From Mobula hypostoma (taxonomy: Eukaryota): a stretch of DNA of 64,000 nucleotides. The position numbers and the translations under genes are program-made. The notes under the pieces are model-generated. The model was not told the DNA's origin, ran no database searches, and saw only the letters and a list, made by a program, of their open reading frames with translations. Location: positions 54,314,001 to 54,378,000 of the forward strand of contig NC_086108.1 of assembly GCF_963921235.1 (NCBI RefSeq), written 5' to 3'. Below, piece by piece: positions 38,057 to 50,559 of the stretch. Positions within the stretch are counted from its first letter, which is position 1; every line of letters begins with the position of its first letter.

Positions 38057-41000
38057 TATTGTGCCTGTTTTTCCTTTGTAGGAGGTGATAGTATTCAAGC
38101 CCTGCCATAGCTGTTTCACACCCCTCTGTGGTTCAAGTTTAGTCTGGATTTACCACTTTGCATCTCAGATGGTTTTCTTGAAGTCATACCAGGATCTTTG
38201 CTACTTTTCAGGATTGTCAGTCATGAACACCACCTCTTTGTTGTACTTGTTTCTGGTGCATTGCTCTTGAGTCTCTACCTATATGTGGATAGAAGGACGG
38301 CCAGATGGTCAGAATTCCCAAAATGAGGATGATGGTTGAAATTTGGTAGGCATTCTTGATGTCAGTGTACCAGTGGTCATTTGTGTTGGGTCCTCTGGTG
38401 CTGTAGGTGTTGCACTGATGATAGTTGGACAGAGATTTCTTCAGGCTGGCCTTACTGGAGTCCCTGAAAGCTGAGAAAGGCATCAGGGTAGGCAGTTTCT
38501 TGTTTGTTAATCATGGCACTCAATACATTAAGTGCTTGCTTGACATCTGCCTTAGGTGGTCTGTAAACAGCATGATCATGGTGGAGAACTCTCTCAGTAA
38601 GTAGAACAGTTGGCATTTAGCCATTCGATGTTCCAGGTTGGGAGAACAAGAGGAAGACAAGACCGCTATATACAAATACTGCGATGAGTTTATTGTGAAG
38701 CACACGCAACAGCCGCTGTCCTTATGCAGTTTTCTGGTCCATGTGCCGTATTGAAAACACCTTGGCCTGGAGCATGGTGTCTACAATGAGCATTCAGGAT
38801 GCCTGTAGCTGAACATTCTGAATAGATATGAGTGGCTGAATGTTGGTTGATCGCTTCTGATCTTGCACTGTTCACTTTATTTGATGTTCACAGGTTATGG
38901 ACTTGCAATGAAGGAAGTATATATTTATATTGTGAATCTAGATGTATATTTCATAGTTGGGTTGATGTGGAGGAGAATGTACAAGTATTGGTTTTGTTTC
39001 CAAGTGCATACTGGTTTTGTCCTCCTTTATTATAATTGTGGCTTTGGGAGGTCCTGTCAGAGTAATGTAGGTAGGTAATTGCAGACAGCTTTACTGCCAA
39101 TATGTACTACTTAGAATTAATAAGGTCCAACAAGAGGGGCTGGTTTGTTTCAGATTGTGTTGAGTAACGAGTGTTATTTGAGCTGCATTCATCCAATAAG
39201 TTGGAGAATGTTGCCTCACCCTCTTGATGTGCATGTAAATGATGGAAAAGTTTGGGAGGCAGGTTACTTACCAAAGTATTCTGGATTTTGATCTGTCCTC
39301 AAAGCTATAGTGTTTATGTAGCTTGCCCAACTGAGTTTCTGACCAACTGTAAATGCCAGTATGTTGATGGCAATCCAAATAATTGGGCTGATTTTTGCAG
39401 AATGGAGCTGAGCTATTTGAGTGTTGAAATGTACTCAGCTTGTTAAATGGAGAGTATTCTGTCACATTTCTGTGCTTCATAGGTAGTGCAAGTATTTGTG
39501 GAATTATAGGGTGAGTTACTTGCGATATAACACTTGACCATCTTTTCACCTAATTATGTCTGATCCATGAAGGACCTCATCAAATGCCTGCTTATCCCTA
39601 TTTCCCTTCTTGAACAAAGGAACAGCATTGGCTACTCTTAAGTCCTCTGGGACCTCACCTGTTGATAGACCCACTTTCTAGCACTTGATCTGTGATGTTC
39701 TACACCTTGCCAATTGGTGTAAATTTATTGCTAAAATTTTGTGGAAATACCTGTTTCCATCAGCATCACTTGTGTAACGCTTTATAGAATCAATGGCACT
39801 GTGGATAGAAAAAAGTACTACTTCAGTTCCCCTTACAGTCTCCAATCCCTTAAACCTGTTTCCTCTGATTTTATGTACCTTTGCCATGGGAAGACACTTG
39901 GCATGATCCAGTATCTAATCATGCTCGTATTTCAGTCATATTTTCTCTTTTGTAATTTCATATTCAAATTTGTATCCCTTAGTCAGATAACTGTACCCGT
40001 ACTTTTTTCCATTCCAAAAGAAATAAGCATGGCTTCTTTCATCCATAATTGAAACACTCATTCCTGGCACCATCCTGATAAATATTACTCCACAATCTCC
40101 TAAGGTGCGGCAGTCAGAACTGCACATATCTCTAATTATTTCTTCCAGCTACTTTCTTGAATAAAAGTTCCACATTTGCTGTCCCTGACTTCTCTGACAA
40201 CTCGCTTGTGACCAGTGAAGAATTAAAACCGTCAGAACTGTCGCACTGTCCTCGTTCATCTCCTGTTGAAGCCTGGAATACATTGCATCAGCCTCCAAAG
40301 GTGTATCTGCCTTTAAGCCATCTAAGGCATCTTCCTTTCTAGTGGTAACTTGTTCTAGAATTTCACCATTGAATCCTCCAGCTATAATGTCCTTTTGCTT
40401 AGAGGGAATATTCTAGAGCTAAGCTGATTGGTTGCTAGAGGATATGGCTATTCTCCTTTCTGCTAGGTTCAACTGCAGCTAATGCAAATATTTTGAATCT
40501 TCCTGTGACCAAATTTACTTGAGCTCCTTATCGCTGCTTTTATTTCAGGCACAGTAATTATCACCACTCCCCTCAGGAGTTTGTTTTTGTTTTACAGTTT
40601 TGGTCCGAAAATCAGTCATGAAGGCTAGAGATGTGCCACTATAGCAGACAATTGCTAATTCATACTCTTTAATAATCAAGGCACCTTTTATTATTTTCAA
40701 GATTTGAGAGTAGGCTGTAAAACTATATCTGGCCAAATTGCATTTGTTCTGTATACTAAAACAAAAAAAAAAGGCCAAACAAATTGAATAGATGCCAGTA
40801 CTCTATTTGTACTGAAAAATGCATCTAAAGGTGCGGCTCAATTCTGGAGCAAAATTCTCCAGAGCTTTGGCCTTTGCTGTAGCCATTATTCAGGAGCTGC
40901 ACTTATACATGTAAAACAATGTCCTAAATTGGTAATCTACAAGACACAGTGCATGCTAGCCAGTGAAAGCTGATTTTGATAGACAGAGTTAAGTGGTCTT

Positions 41001-41755
41001 AATGAATAAACAGGTCAAAATTTCAACCCTAACGCACAATTTGTATGTAATTGTGGAAATTAAACAATTGGTCATAGGAGTAACTTGATGGACAGCCCTA
41101 CCTTCAGTGTCAATGAGGAGGAGAAAGCTAAGGTATGTAGATGAGTTAAATGAGTGGGCAGATATCTGGCTAATGAAGTAGAATGTGGAAAATAATTGGC
41201 AAGAAAGGTCTGGCAGCATAAAATCTAAATGGTGAGGGATTGCAGAACTCTGAAATTCACAATCATCATTAAAATCTAAAAAGTTTCATCCCGGTAGAGC
41301 AAATAAATGGGGAAAATATGTAATTTTTTTCTGGGGTATCTTTATCTCTGAAGGTCCTGAGTAGATAAAATCACTTTCTGAATGTTGGCAGAAGTAGTGT
41401 ATTTGAATGTTAAGACAGAGTTGGATTCCTGATAAATAGATGAGTGAATGGTTACCAGCAGAAGGCAATGATTAAAAAAAAGAGGTTGCACTCAAATCAG
41501 CTATTTAGTAAATGGGTAGGGGAATTGAGTAGCCCATTCCCTTGACATATGTCTTTGCACGTCTGGCATATTTCTGTTTTAGTCACTGCTGTTTGCTGTG
41601 TATGTGAAATAAAGTGAATTTTTTTCAGCAGTGGGCAGATTGTAGAAATGCAACTGTCTTTTACAGAGTGTAAACTTTATTCAGAAAGCCTGTTGCGATT
41701 GAGATTCAGTGTTAAGTGTACTAAGAAATTGAGATTGTTGGACAGACTTAATATA

Positions 41756-42202
41756 TACTCAGTGGCCACTTTATTCGATACAGGAGTAGAATCTGGTGTA
41801 GTCTTCTGTTGCTGTAGCTCATCTACTTCAAGGTTCGACTTGTTGCACTTTGCAACCACTGTTGTAATGCATTACTATATGTGTTACTGTCACCTTCCTG
41901 TCAGCTTGAACCAGTCTGCCCTTTCTCCTCAGACCTCTGTCATGAACAAGGCATTGTCACCCACACAATTCTCTGTATATTTAGAGACTGTTGTTGGTGA
42001 AAATCCCAAGAGATCAGCAGTTTCTGAGATACTCAAACCACCCTGTATGGCAGCAACAGTTATTCCATGGTCAAAGTTACTTAGATCACATTTCTTCCCC
42101 TTTCTGGATGTTTCGTCTGAACAACAACCAAGCCTCTTAATCATGGCTGATTAGATATTTGCATTAATGAGCAGGTGTAACTAATAAAGTGGTAATTGAG
42201 TG
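41756..42202 (-). mobile_element. Tc1-derived non-autonomous element
   Basis: ORF 41929..42144 reads GKKCDLSNFDHGITV...GLSISETADLLGFSPTTVSKY (Tc1 helix-turn-helix). TIRs are present. Confidence 0.8.
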
Positions 42203-42386
42203 TAGTAAGTAATTATCCAACTCATGAAAACTGTTGTAAGATTTTTTCATAGCAATTTGCTGTAGTACAGTGAGAGAAGGTAGAAAGTTTTGCTTAAGCT
42301 CTTTCACAATGTAAGTGATGCCTTTTCCTTCCTTTTTTTAAAAAAAGAGGCTAATTTCAAGAATTGACAATTACTTTTCCTTTCAG

Positions 42387-42503
42387 CATATATCTACAAA
42401 TGCCGATGTGGATTATGGCATGGCTGTACAAGTGATGCCTTCATATTACACTGAAAGACAGACCAACTTTCCTAGAAGTGTACATACAAGCAAAATTTAT
42501 ATG
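42387..42503 (+). CDS. RAVER2: Candidate RAVER exon: HISTNADVDYGMAVQVMPSYYTERQTNFPRSVHTSKIYM
   Basis: Strong ttacttttcctttcAG acceptor and ATG|GTAAGA donor. 117 nt, open, phase 0-0. Confidence 0.7.
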
Positions 42504-44454
42504 GTAAGATAAAGGAATGAACCAGAATTTAAGATTGGTTCAGATATCTTTTGATGTTGTAAGTGTACAGACTTTCCCATTTAAAGTTCGTTTCCTGATT
42601 GGGGGAAAAAAAGTAATTCCACATAGCTGTATACGTATATTTATTTGGAAATTGAATTCCTTTTGATCACATTTGGGCAATGCTAATCAGGATTGGCAGA
42701 CGAGAAGCACAAAATCTGAAGAGGGAGTAAATGAAGATTAGTAATGATTTTGAAAATGCATACACAAAAGATTGCAACAAATTGGTTAATTCAGCCTTTC
42801 CCTATACTCTTGAGACAACTAAAAAACCCACACTATTATGAGAAGGAAAGCTAGATGCTTGCTCACGTCAGAACTGCTTTGCCAGCACCACACAAACATA
42901 CAATTTTGAACACCTGGTAGGATAAGTGTGGGAAAGCACATGGGAACAGCAATGCGCACAAGCCCCTCATTAAAATATTCACCATTTTCATTTGAAAATA
43001 TTTCACTATCTTCATCGTTACTAGGTCAAAATTTTTTTATGGCAGTGCACAAGTGTCTTTGCAACTTGAGCTGCAGCATTACAAAATGTTTGCTTATAGC
43101 TATTGCACTTCATGGGCAAATGAGAATGAAAATAGGGGAAACAAATCCCAGTAAGATTCACATTATGTGAACCAATATAGATAATATATATAGGTTATAT
43201 CTCTATGTTCATTAATGTGGCCTCCTAACATGCACAGTAACAGTAAAACAGCAATCCACAAAATGAATTCTGATTGCAGAGTACAAACCAGGAAGTGCCA
43301 TGCAAAAATGACTTTTTGTTTGTGAGTCAGTAAATAAATAAACTGATATGATACAGAGAAGAGCTGGGATGTTAAATGCACAAGTTGGGGTTTTGCATTA
43401 TTGGAAATTACTCAGAGGATTTGATTTGAGCATTATACAGATGTTATTTTAAATTAAATCCCTGCATCTCCTTGCTTTGTGGCTAATTCTGTTTGCAAAT
43501 TATGAACGTGTTCTTATCTGAAAGTACTTTCAATTCATCTATTGAAAATCATTTTACTAACCCTAATGATGAACTATTATAGGCAGAGATAGTCACTTCC
43601 TGCTGTGAGCAACAGTTTGAAAGACTCAAACTGTGATGTTGACATGAGCATTCTTGATTTGGTCCTGCAGCAAACTGTTTGGTTAATCCTCAGCATCACC
43701 TCACCAAGACAGAGTCCTTATGCCAAACGGTAAAATAAGAGACCTTGAGCTGATGTTCTATAGTTTGGCAGAGTCGGTTGATTTGGAGTTCACCACTTCA
43801 CCTACATCTGGGAAGAGGAGGATGTGCCTAGTAACTCCAGAGCTGTAACATTTTGGCCACATTCAAGAGTTTGAAGTTTAATTGTGATGGTAACAGAGGA
43901 ACCTTTCTGCTATCTACCAGTTAATTCATTTCCAGAGCCTACTTTAATTGGCTTCTCACAGTGGTTGACGATGAATATGACTTCATCTGCATGTCATTTC
44001 TGCTCTTTGACCACTCAAAGTGGAGATGTAGCATTCATAGGGAATACACAGAGCCTCAGTGTAAATAGTGCAAGGTCCACACCACTTCTCACAGTAGCTG
44101 TGCCAGAGTCTGCAGGTCTTGTATTGGCCTTTATGGTCACATTGGATCTTGCAAAACTGCAAAGAACTGGTCTATGTATAAAAACATGTTCACTTGGTAG
44201 CTTATCGATGTCAGTCATGTCTTTCTGCTTTACTCATTTCCACTGGAAAGAGGAGATTGAACCTGAGTTTCTGAATTTTATCTGGTCTTTCATAAAATAA
44301 AGAGTTTTTTTTGTCTGGAAATAGTTAGGAAATTTCATTTGTTTATAACTTTTGCCAAATAGTCAATTTGATAGCCTTTACACGTTTTTTTGGGGGGGGA
44401 GGTGTGCTTTGTAAACGATGTATACTGTCATATAGTAGACATACAGTATGTTAC

Positions 44455-44865
44455 TATTGTAGGATTTCTCTTTTTCCTCATCCATCCTCTTATCTCCTGT
44501 CTGCCCATTGCCTCCCTCTTGTGCTCCTCACCCACTTTTCTTTATTTCATGGCTGCATGGCCTCTGTCCTCTTCTATCAGACTTACCCCACCCCCCACTT
44601 CTCCAGCCTTGTATCTTTTTCACCAATCAACTTCCCAGCTCTTTACTTCACCCCTCCCGTTTCAGGTTTCACCTATCACCTTGTGTTTCTCTCTCCCCCC
44701 ACCTTTTAAATCTACTCCCCAGCTTTTTTCTACAGTCCTGACAAAAGGTCTCGCCCCAAAATGTTGACTGTACTTTTTTTCATAGATGCTGCCTGGCTTG
44801 CTGAGTTCCTCCAGCATTTTGTGTGTGTTGCTTGATTTCCAGCATCTGCAGATTTTCTCTTGTTT
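44455..44865 (+). mobile_element. PLE 3' tail with CpG-decayed hammerhead (44731-44772)
   Basis: Reads TACAGTC-CTGACAA-AAGG..CCCC-AAAATGTT-GACTGTA. Stem I is perfect and the core is mutated. The tail GATGCTGCCTGG..TGCTGAGTTCCTCCAGCA follows. Confidence 0.8.
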
Positions 44866-45038
44866 GTACAAGACAAAGCTATCAAGTAATGTCAAAAAAG
44901 TGTTTCTATATAACTTTTAAAAGTTAATTTTAGAAAATGCATCAGGGGAATGATACAAATCAAGGAGACAAAAAATCAATAAAATGAGTACTTGGATCCT
45001 TTTCACAATTATTTATAAGTAACATCCCAAATCTAGTA

Positions 45039-45862
45039 CAGGTGCACATTCCTTTATCCAAAATTCTGAAATCCAAAAAGCTCTGAAAACCGAAGTTTTT
45101 TTCACCAACAGCTGACGTCACTCAGGTGTGACGTGGCAGCACTAGCAGAGGTCACCAGACAGCGCTCGTACTGGTTACATGTGCATTTGCTGTTAGCTGA
45201 CATTTTGTGTTCACTGTTGACTTTGTGTTTAATTTCACTGTGAAAATGTCAAAAAGAGCTGCAGATACCCCTATGGGTAACAATGAGAAAAAGAGAAGGA
45301 AGCATCTATCATTATCAATAACGCAGAAAGTGGAGTTATTGCAGAAGCTTGATGGTGGTGTGTCTGTGCGGCGTCTTACTGAAGAAAATAGTGTCAGAAC
45401 TACCACTGTATATAATTTAAATAAACAGAAAGACAAGTTACTGAAGTTTTATAGTGACAGTGACAATGATGTTCTACATTTATTCTAATAGGTCATTTAC
45501 CATGTGTTTGATTCGGTTCGTTTGAAGCTGTATATTTTTATGTTTTATTGAATGTTTTTGTTGGAAATAACATTTCTTCTTGTCATTATTCTCTAAACAA
45601 TACAGTATAACAATTCTTTACATAGCATTTACTTTTACATTGTATTAGGTATTATAAGCAATCTAGAGATGATTTAAAGTATACAGGAGGATGTGCATAG
45701 GTTTGGTGCACCGCCTGGTCCTAAAGTTCACCGCACTGATACAGGTTAAATAAGGGACTTGAGGACGTGTGTTTTTTGGTATGGGGGGGGCGGGGTCTGA
45801 AATCCAAAAAATTCTGAAATGCAACCGGCCCCAAGGATTTCGGATAAGGGATTGTGGACCTA
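45039..45862 (+). mobile_element. Tigger/pogo non-autonomous transposon (Tigger4-like), copy 2
   Basis: ORF MSKRAADTPMGNNEKKRRKHLSLSITQKVELLQKLDGGVSVRRLTEE (CENP-B/psq-type helix-turn-helix). TA flanks and TIRs. Confidence 0.9.
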
Positions 45863-46514
45863 TAGTAAATTGCGGAAAAAGTAGAAAGCAAAAATTACAT
45901 TATCTAGGGAAATGGTACTTGCTGATTTCTTCAAAGATTTAACTAATAATTCCCTGGATTATGATAGATTCATCCAAAGATCTCTAAAGTAATAGTTGAT
46001 ATTATTTTAAACTTGCCAAAATTCCCTGGGTGAGGGGGAGATGTTTAAAGTGATTGTTCAAAGGTACTGTAGCAGGCCATTACTTGGGTAAATGCAGCAA
46101 GCCTTTTTTTGAAAGGAAATTGTGTATGACTAATTTATTGGAGCTCCTTTGTGCTTCATGTATTTTTAGGCTTTTGGTAACGTGTTGCATCAAACTTTGT
46201 TGGAAGATAAAAGCAAGTGATTTGTGATGTAACATATAGGCACGAATGGAAAATTGGATCACTAATAGAAAAAGACTGGGTTTGGATTTTTGTCTTTTTT
46301 GCGATGGAAAAATTTATTGAACGATAGACCATAGAGATCAATACTGGGGCTTCAACTTATTCTATTTTCATAAATGATTTGAAGGAACTTAAGCTGCAGT
46401 GATACAGTTGATAAATTTACTGATAAGACAAAGGACAGCAAAATTATGAAGATGTCACAAAGAGAAAGATGGGTTAAGTGAGTGGATGGTGATCCACCAA
46501 ATGAAATATTGTGA

Positions 46515-47633
46515 AAGATGAGAGGTGACCTGATAGAGGTGTATAAGATGATGAGAGGCATTGATCGTGTGGATAGTCAGAGGCTTTTTCCCCAGGACTG
46601 AAATGGTTGCCACAAGAGGACACAGGTTTAAGGTGCTGGGGAGTAGGTACAGAGGAGATGTCAGGGGTAAGTCTTTTTACTCATAGAGTGGTGGGTGCAT
46701 GGAATGCACTGCCGGCAACAGTGGTGGAGGTGGATACGATAGAGTCTTTTAAGATACTTTTAGATAGGTACATGGAGCTTAGTAAAATAGAGGGCTATAG
46801 GTATGCCTAGTAATTTCTAAGGTATGGACATGTTTAATGCTGATAAATGTGAGGTGCTGCATTTTGGTAGGAGTAATCAAAATAGGATATACATGGTAAA
46901 TGGTAGGGCATTGAAGAATGCAGTAGAACAGAGGGATCTGGGAATAATGGTGCATGGATCCCTGAAGGTGGAATCTCATGTGGATGGGGTGGTGGAGAAA
47001 GCTTTTGGTATGCTGGCCTTTGTGAGTCAGAGCATTGAGTATAGGAGTTGGGATGTAATATTGAAATTGTACAAGGCATTGGTGAGGCCAAATTTGGAGT
47101 ATTGTGTACAGTTTTGGTCACCGAATTATGGGAAAGATGTCAACAAAATAGAGAGAGTACAGAGAAGATTTACTAGAATGTTACCTGGGTTTCATCACCT
47201 AAGTTACAGAGAAAGGTTGAACAAGTTGGGTCTTTATTCTTTGGAACGTAGAAGGTTGAGGGGGGACTTGATAGAGGTATTTAAAATTATGAGGGGGATA
47301 GATAGAGTTGACGTGGATAGGCTTTTTCCAATGAGAGTGGGAGAGATTCAAACAAGAGGACATGAGTTGAGAGTTAAAGGGCAAAAGTTTAGGGGTAACA
47401 TGAGGGGGAACTTCTTTACTCAGAGAGTGGTAGCTGTGTGGAACGAGCTTCCAGCAGAAGTGGTTGAGGCAGGTTTGATGTTGTCGTTTGAAGTTAAATT
47501 GGATAGATATATGGACAGGAAAGGAATGGAGGGTTATGGGCTGAGTGCAGATCGGTGGGACTAGGTGAGAGTAAGAGTTCAGCATGGACTAGAAGGGCTG
47601 AGATGGCCTGTTTCCGTGCTGTAATTGTTATAT
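46515..47633 (+). mobile_element. Two tandem CR1 3' fragments; the second (from ~46823) has an open ORF2 C-terminus
   Basis: ORF 46824..47564 (246 aa) reads FNADKCEVLHFG...LVRPNLEYCVQFWSP...TRGHEL. Confidence 0.9.
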
Positions 47634-47819
47634 GATGGAGGTGCGGGGGGGGAATGGGAAATATAGAAAGTTATTTTTAAGTAAGAGATTGCAGAAAGGT
47701 TTTGGGATTAGTGCATGTTTTGCAAAAATAAACTACTGCAGGTAGATTAAGTGATTAAGAAAGCTAACAGTGTTCTTTTATTACAATAAAAATTGGATGC
47801 AAAAGTAGTGATATGGGGA

Positions 47820-47945
47820 AAACAAATTGCTAAAGGAACTCAGGTAGCACCTATGGAGAGGAATAAACAGTTGATGTTTTGGGCTGAGACATTTCCTCAG
47901 GACTAGAAAGGATGGAGGTGGAAGATAGAATAAGAAACAGGGTTG
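47820..47945 (-). mobile_element. Old PLE tail remnant with degenerate hammerhead (47867-47904)
   Basis: Minus strand reads AGTC-CTGAGGA...CCC-AAAACATC-AACTG. Confidence 0.55.
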
Positions 47946-48019
47946 GATGACCCCTTCTTTTTAAACCTTGTCTCCTGGCTTTTATATAGAAACATCTGAT
48001 TTTTTTCTCTCCTTAGCAG

Positions 48020-48109
48020 GATCCTCCATCTTCAGCACAACAATCACTTACCCGAGGGGATGGAATCCTGGGTCCAGCACCTTTGGGAAACATAATGAAT
48101 AATATCAAG
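48020..48109 (+). CDS. RAVER2: RAVER exon: (Q)DPPSSAQQSLTRGDGILGPAPLGNIMNNIK
   Basis: ttttttctctcctTAGCAG tandem acceptor and AAG|GTAACA donor. Phase 0-0. PRI motif GILGPAP. Confidence 0.8.
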
Positions 48110-49264
48110 GTAACAGTCAAATCCATTTCAGTTGACTGGTCTAAGAATTTAAATATAGATTTTTTATTGCTCGTTTAAGTACCATGTAGGGAGAATAAAG
48201 TTATGCTTTCTGTTCAGGTTGCAATGGATTTGTGTAGTAATAGTGCTTAAGTAACACAATGCCAGCAATAACTTGATCATTCAAATGAAACATCTGCCCC
48301 TCTTTCTTTGTTGTATTTGTATTTTATTTTGTCAAAATAATGTATGAAAGAATTGTCAAAGTCATCACTCGGTCAACATCAATAAAACGGATGATGTGGT
48401 CTTTATCACAATGATGTGGTGTGAACTTGCAATGTACAATTTAGCTGCCTGGTTTTCTGCATAATAGTAACCTAACTATATTTCAACATTTACAATAAGT
48501 TTTTCTGTTAAAAAATTGTTTCATAAATACAAATATGACTTTTCCCTTTGAAGAGAAGTGATATTATAGATAGAATCTAATTAGCTATTTTGATGTCAAA
48601 AATATTTCTTTGTTTTCCCTTTGCCATTTTCTTCTAAAGGTTTTTGTATATTGAATTATGCTGTATAGGTACTTAACTATATTTATTGGTCATTATTTAG
48701 AAAAATATTCAGGAATATTTTACAGTGTTAAAGATGATTTATAGTATTTTTCTGTGATTTTGTCTTGGGCAAGCTATCAAACCAAGAGAATCAAAGCCTA
48801 TTCTTATTTACACATGGTATCTAGATAATAAATAGGTACAAGTAGACAGAAAAATGTAACGTTACACATAGATTGCATGTACATAATACATATGGTGGTG
48901 AAGATCTCAGATAGGTGCTTTGCTTATCTGTCTCAGAATTTAAGAAGGTCATCTTTGTCTTGTTTTTCGATCAGTCATGGATGATCCAGAAAATTTGGTT
49001 TTTCTTCCTACTTAACTATACTACTCACAGCAAATTAGTGACATGGAAGTGTTTGGTAGGTCACAGGAAACAAGCATTTGGCAGAAACCACACAGTCATG
49101 AAGAGTTGGAGAGAAAGAGCAAACTCCACACAAATAGCATCTGAGGACAGGATCAAACACAGATCCCCAGAGCTATGAGGCAGAAGCATTTGCTGCTTTG
49201 TCATCACACTGACTCCTAAAATTAAAGCTTCTAAAAGAGCAAATATGTAATCAACAGTACAGTA

Positions 49265-50243
49265 TTGGTCGCCGGCAGGTGGTAAGAGTGGGCTCCCTCA
49301 CCTCTACCCCACTGACCCTCAACACAGGTGCCCCTCCTTTAAGCCCCTTCCTTTACTGTCTGTATACCAGTGACTGTGTTGCCACCCACAGCTCCAATCT
49401 GCTAATTAAGTTTTCTGACGACACTACACTGATTGGCCTAATCTCAGATAATAATGAGGCAGCCCACAGCGAGGAAGTCATCACCCTGACAGTGGTGTCA
49501 AGAAAGCAACTTCTCCCTCAACGTCGCAAAAACAAAGGAGCTGATTGTGGACTACAGGAGGAATGGAGACAGGCTAGCCCCTATAGATATCAATGGATCT
49601 GGGGTTGACAGTGTGAACAACTTTAAGTTCCTTGGCATAAACATCACTGAGGATCTCACATAGTCTGTACATACTGGCTGTGTGGTGAAAAAGGAACAAC
49701 AGTACCTCTTTTACCTCAGACGGTTGAAGAAGTTTGGTATGGCCCCCAAATTCTAAGAACTTTCTATAGGGGCACAACTGAGAGCATCCTGACTGGCTGC
49801 ATCACCGCCTGATATGGGAACTGTACTTCCCTCAATCGCAGGACTCTGCAGAGAGTGGTGCAGACAGCCCAGTGCATCTGTAGATGTGAACTTCCCACTA
49901 TTCAGGACATTTACAAAGACAGGTGTGTAAAAAGGGCCCAAAGGATCATTGGAGACTCGAGTCGCCCCAACCACAAACTGTTTCAGCTGCTACCATCCGG
50001 GAAACGGTACCACAGCATAAAAGCCAGGACCAACAGGCTCCAGGACAGCTTCTTCCACTAGGCCATCAGACTGCTTAATTCATGCTGATGCAACTGTATT
50101 TCTATTTTATACTGACTATCCTGTTGTAAGTAATATTTATTATTAATTGCTATAATTGCACATTTGAATGGAGATGTAACGTAAAGATTTTTACTCCTCG
50201 TATATATGAAGGATGTAAGTAATAAAGTCAATTCAATTCAATT
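49265..50243 (+). mobile_element. Rex1/Babar LINE 3' portion
   Basis: Peptide VRVGSLTSTPLTLNTGAP...KFSDDTTLIGLI. AATAAAG(TCAAT)n tail. Confidence 0.9.
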
Positions 50244-50559
50244 ATTCAACTCCCTGTCCAGAATTCGTACCGCATTCCAAGCAGGACGTAAAGAATAGAG
50301 TTTAATTGATTGTGAGGGAATTGCTGGGTAGGGAAAAATGTTAATAGTTGAAAATGTGAGTGTGACAATGAGCAAAATAGCTGGCAATTTGTAAGAAACT
50401 AGCAGAGGCTCAGTTGTTTGCATTGGGAAGAACTGAAGTGCAATGTGTCATTTGCATTAATAGCTAACATAACCAAGGGATGTGTTGAGGGCAGCCTGTA
50501 AGTGTTGCCACACTTATGTCAGCAGAATGACATAACAGCAACAAAACAAAACATCAGCA

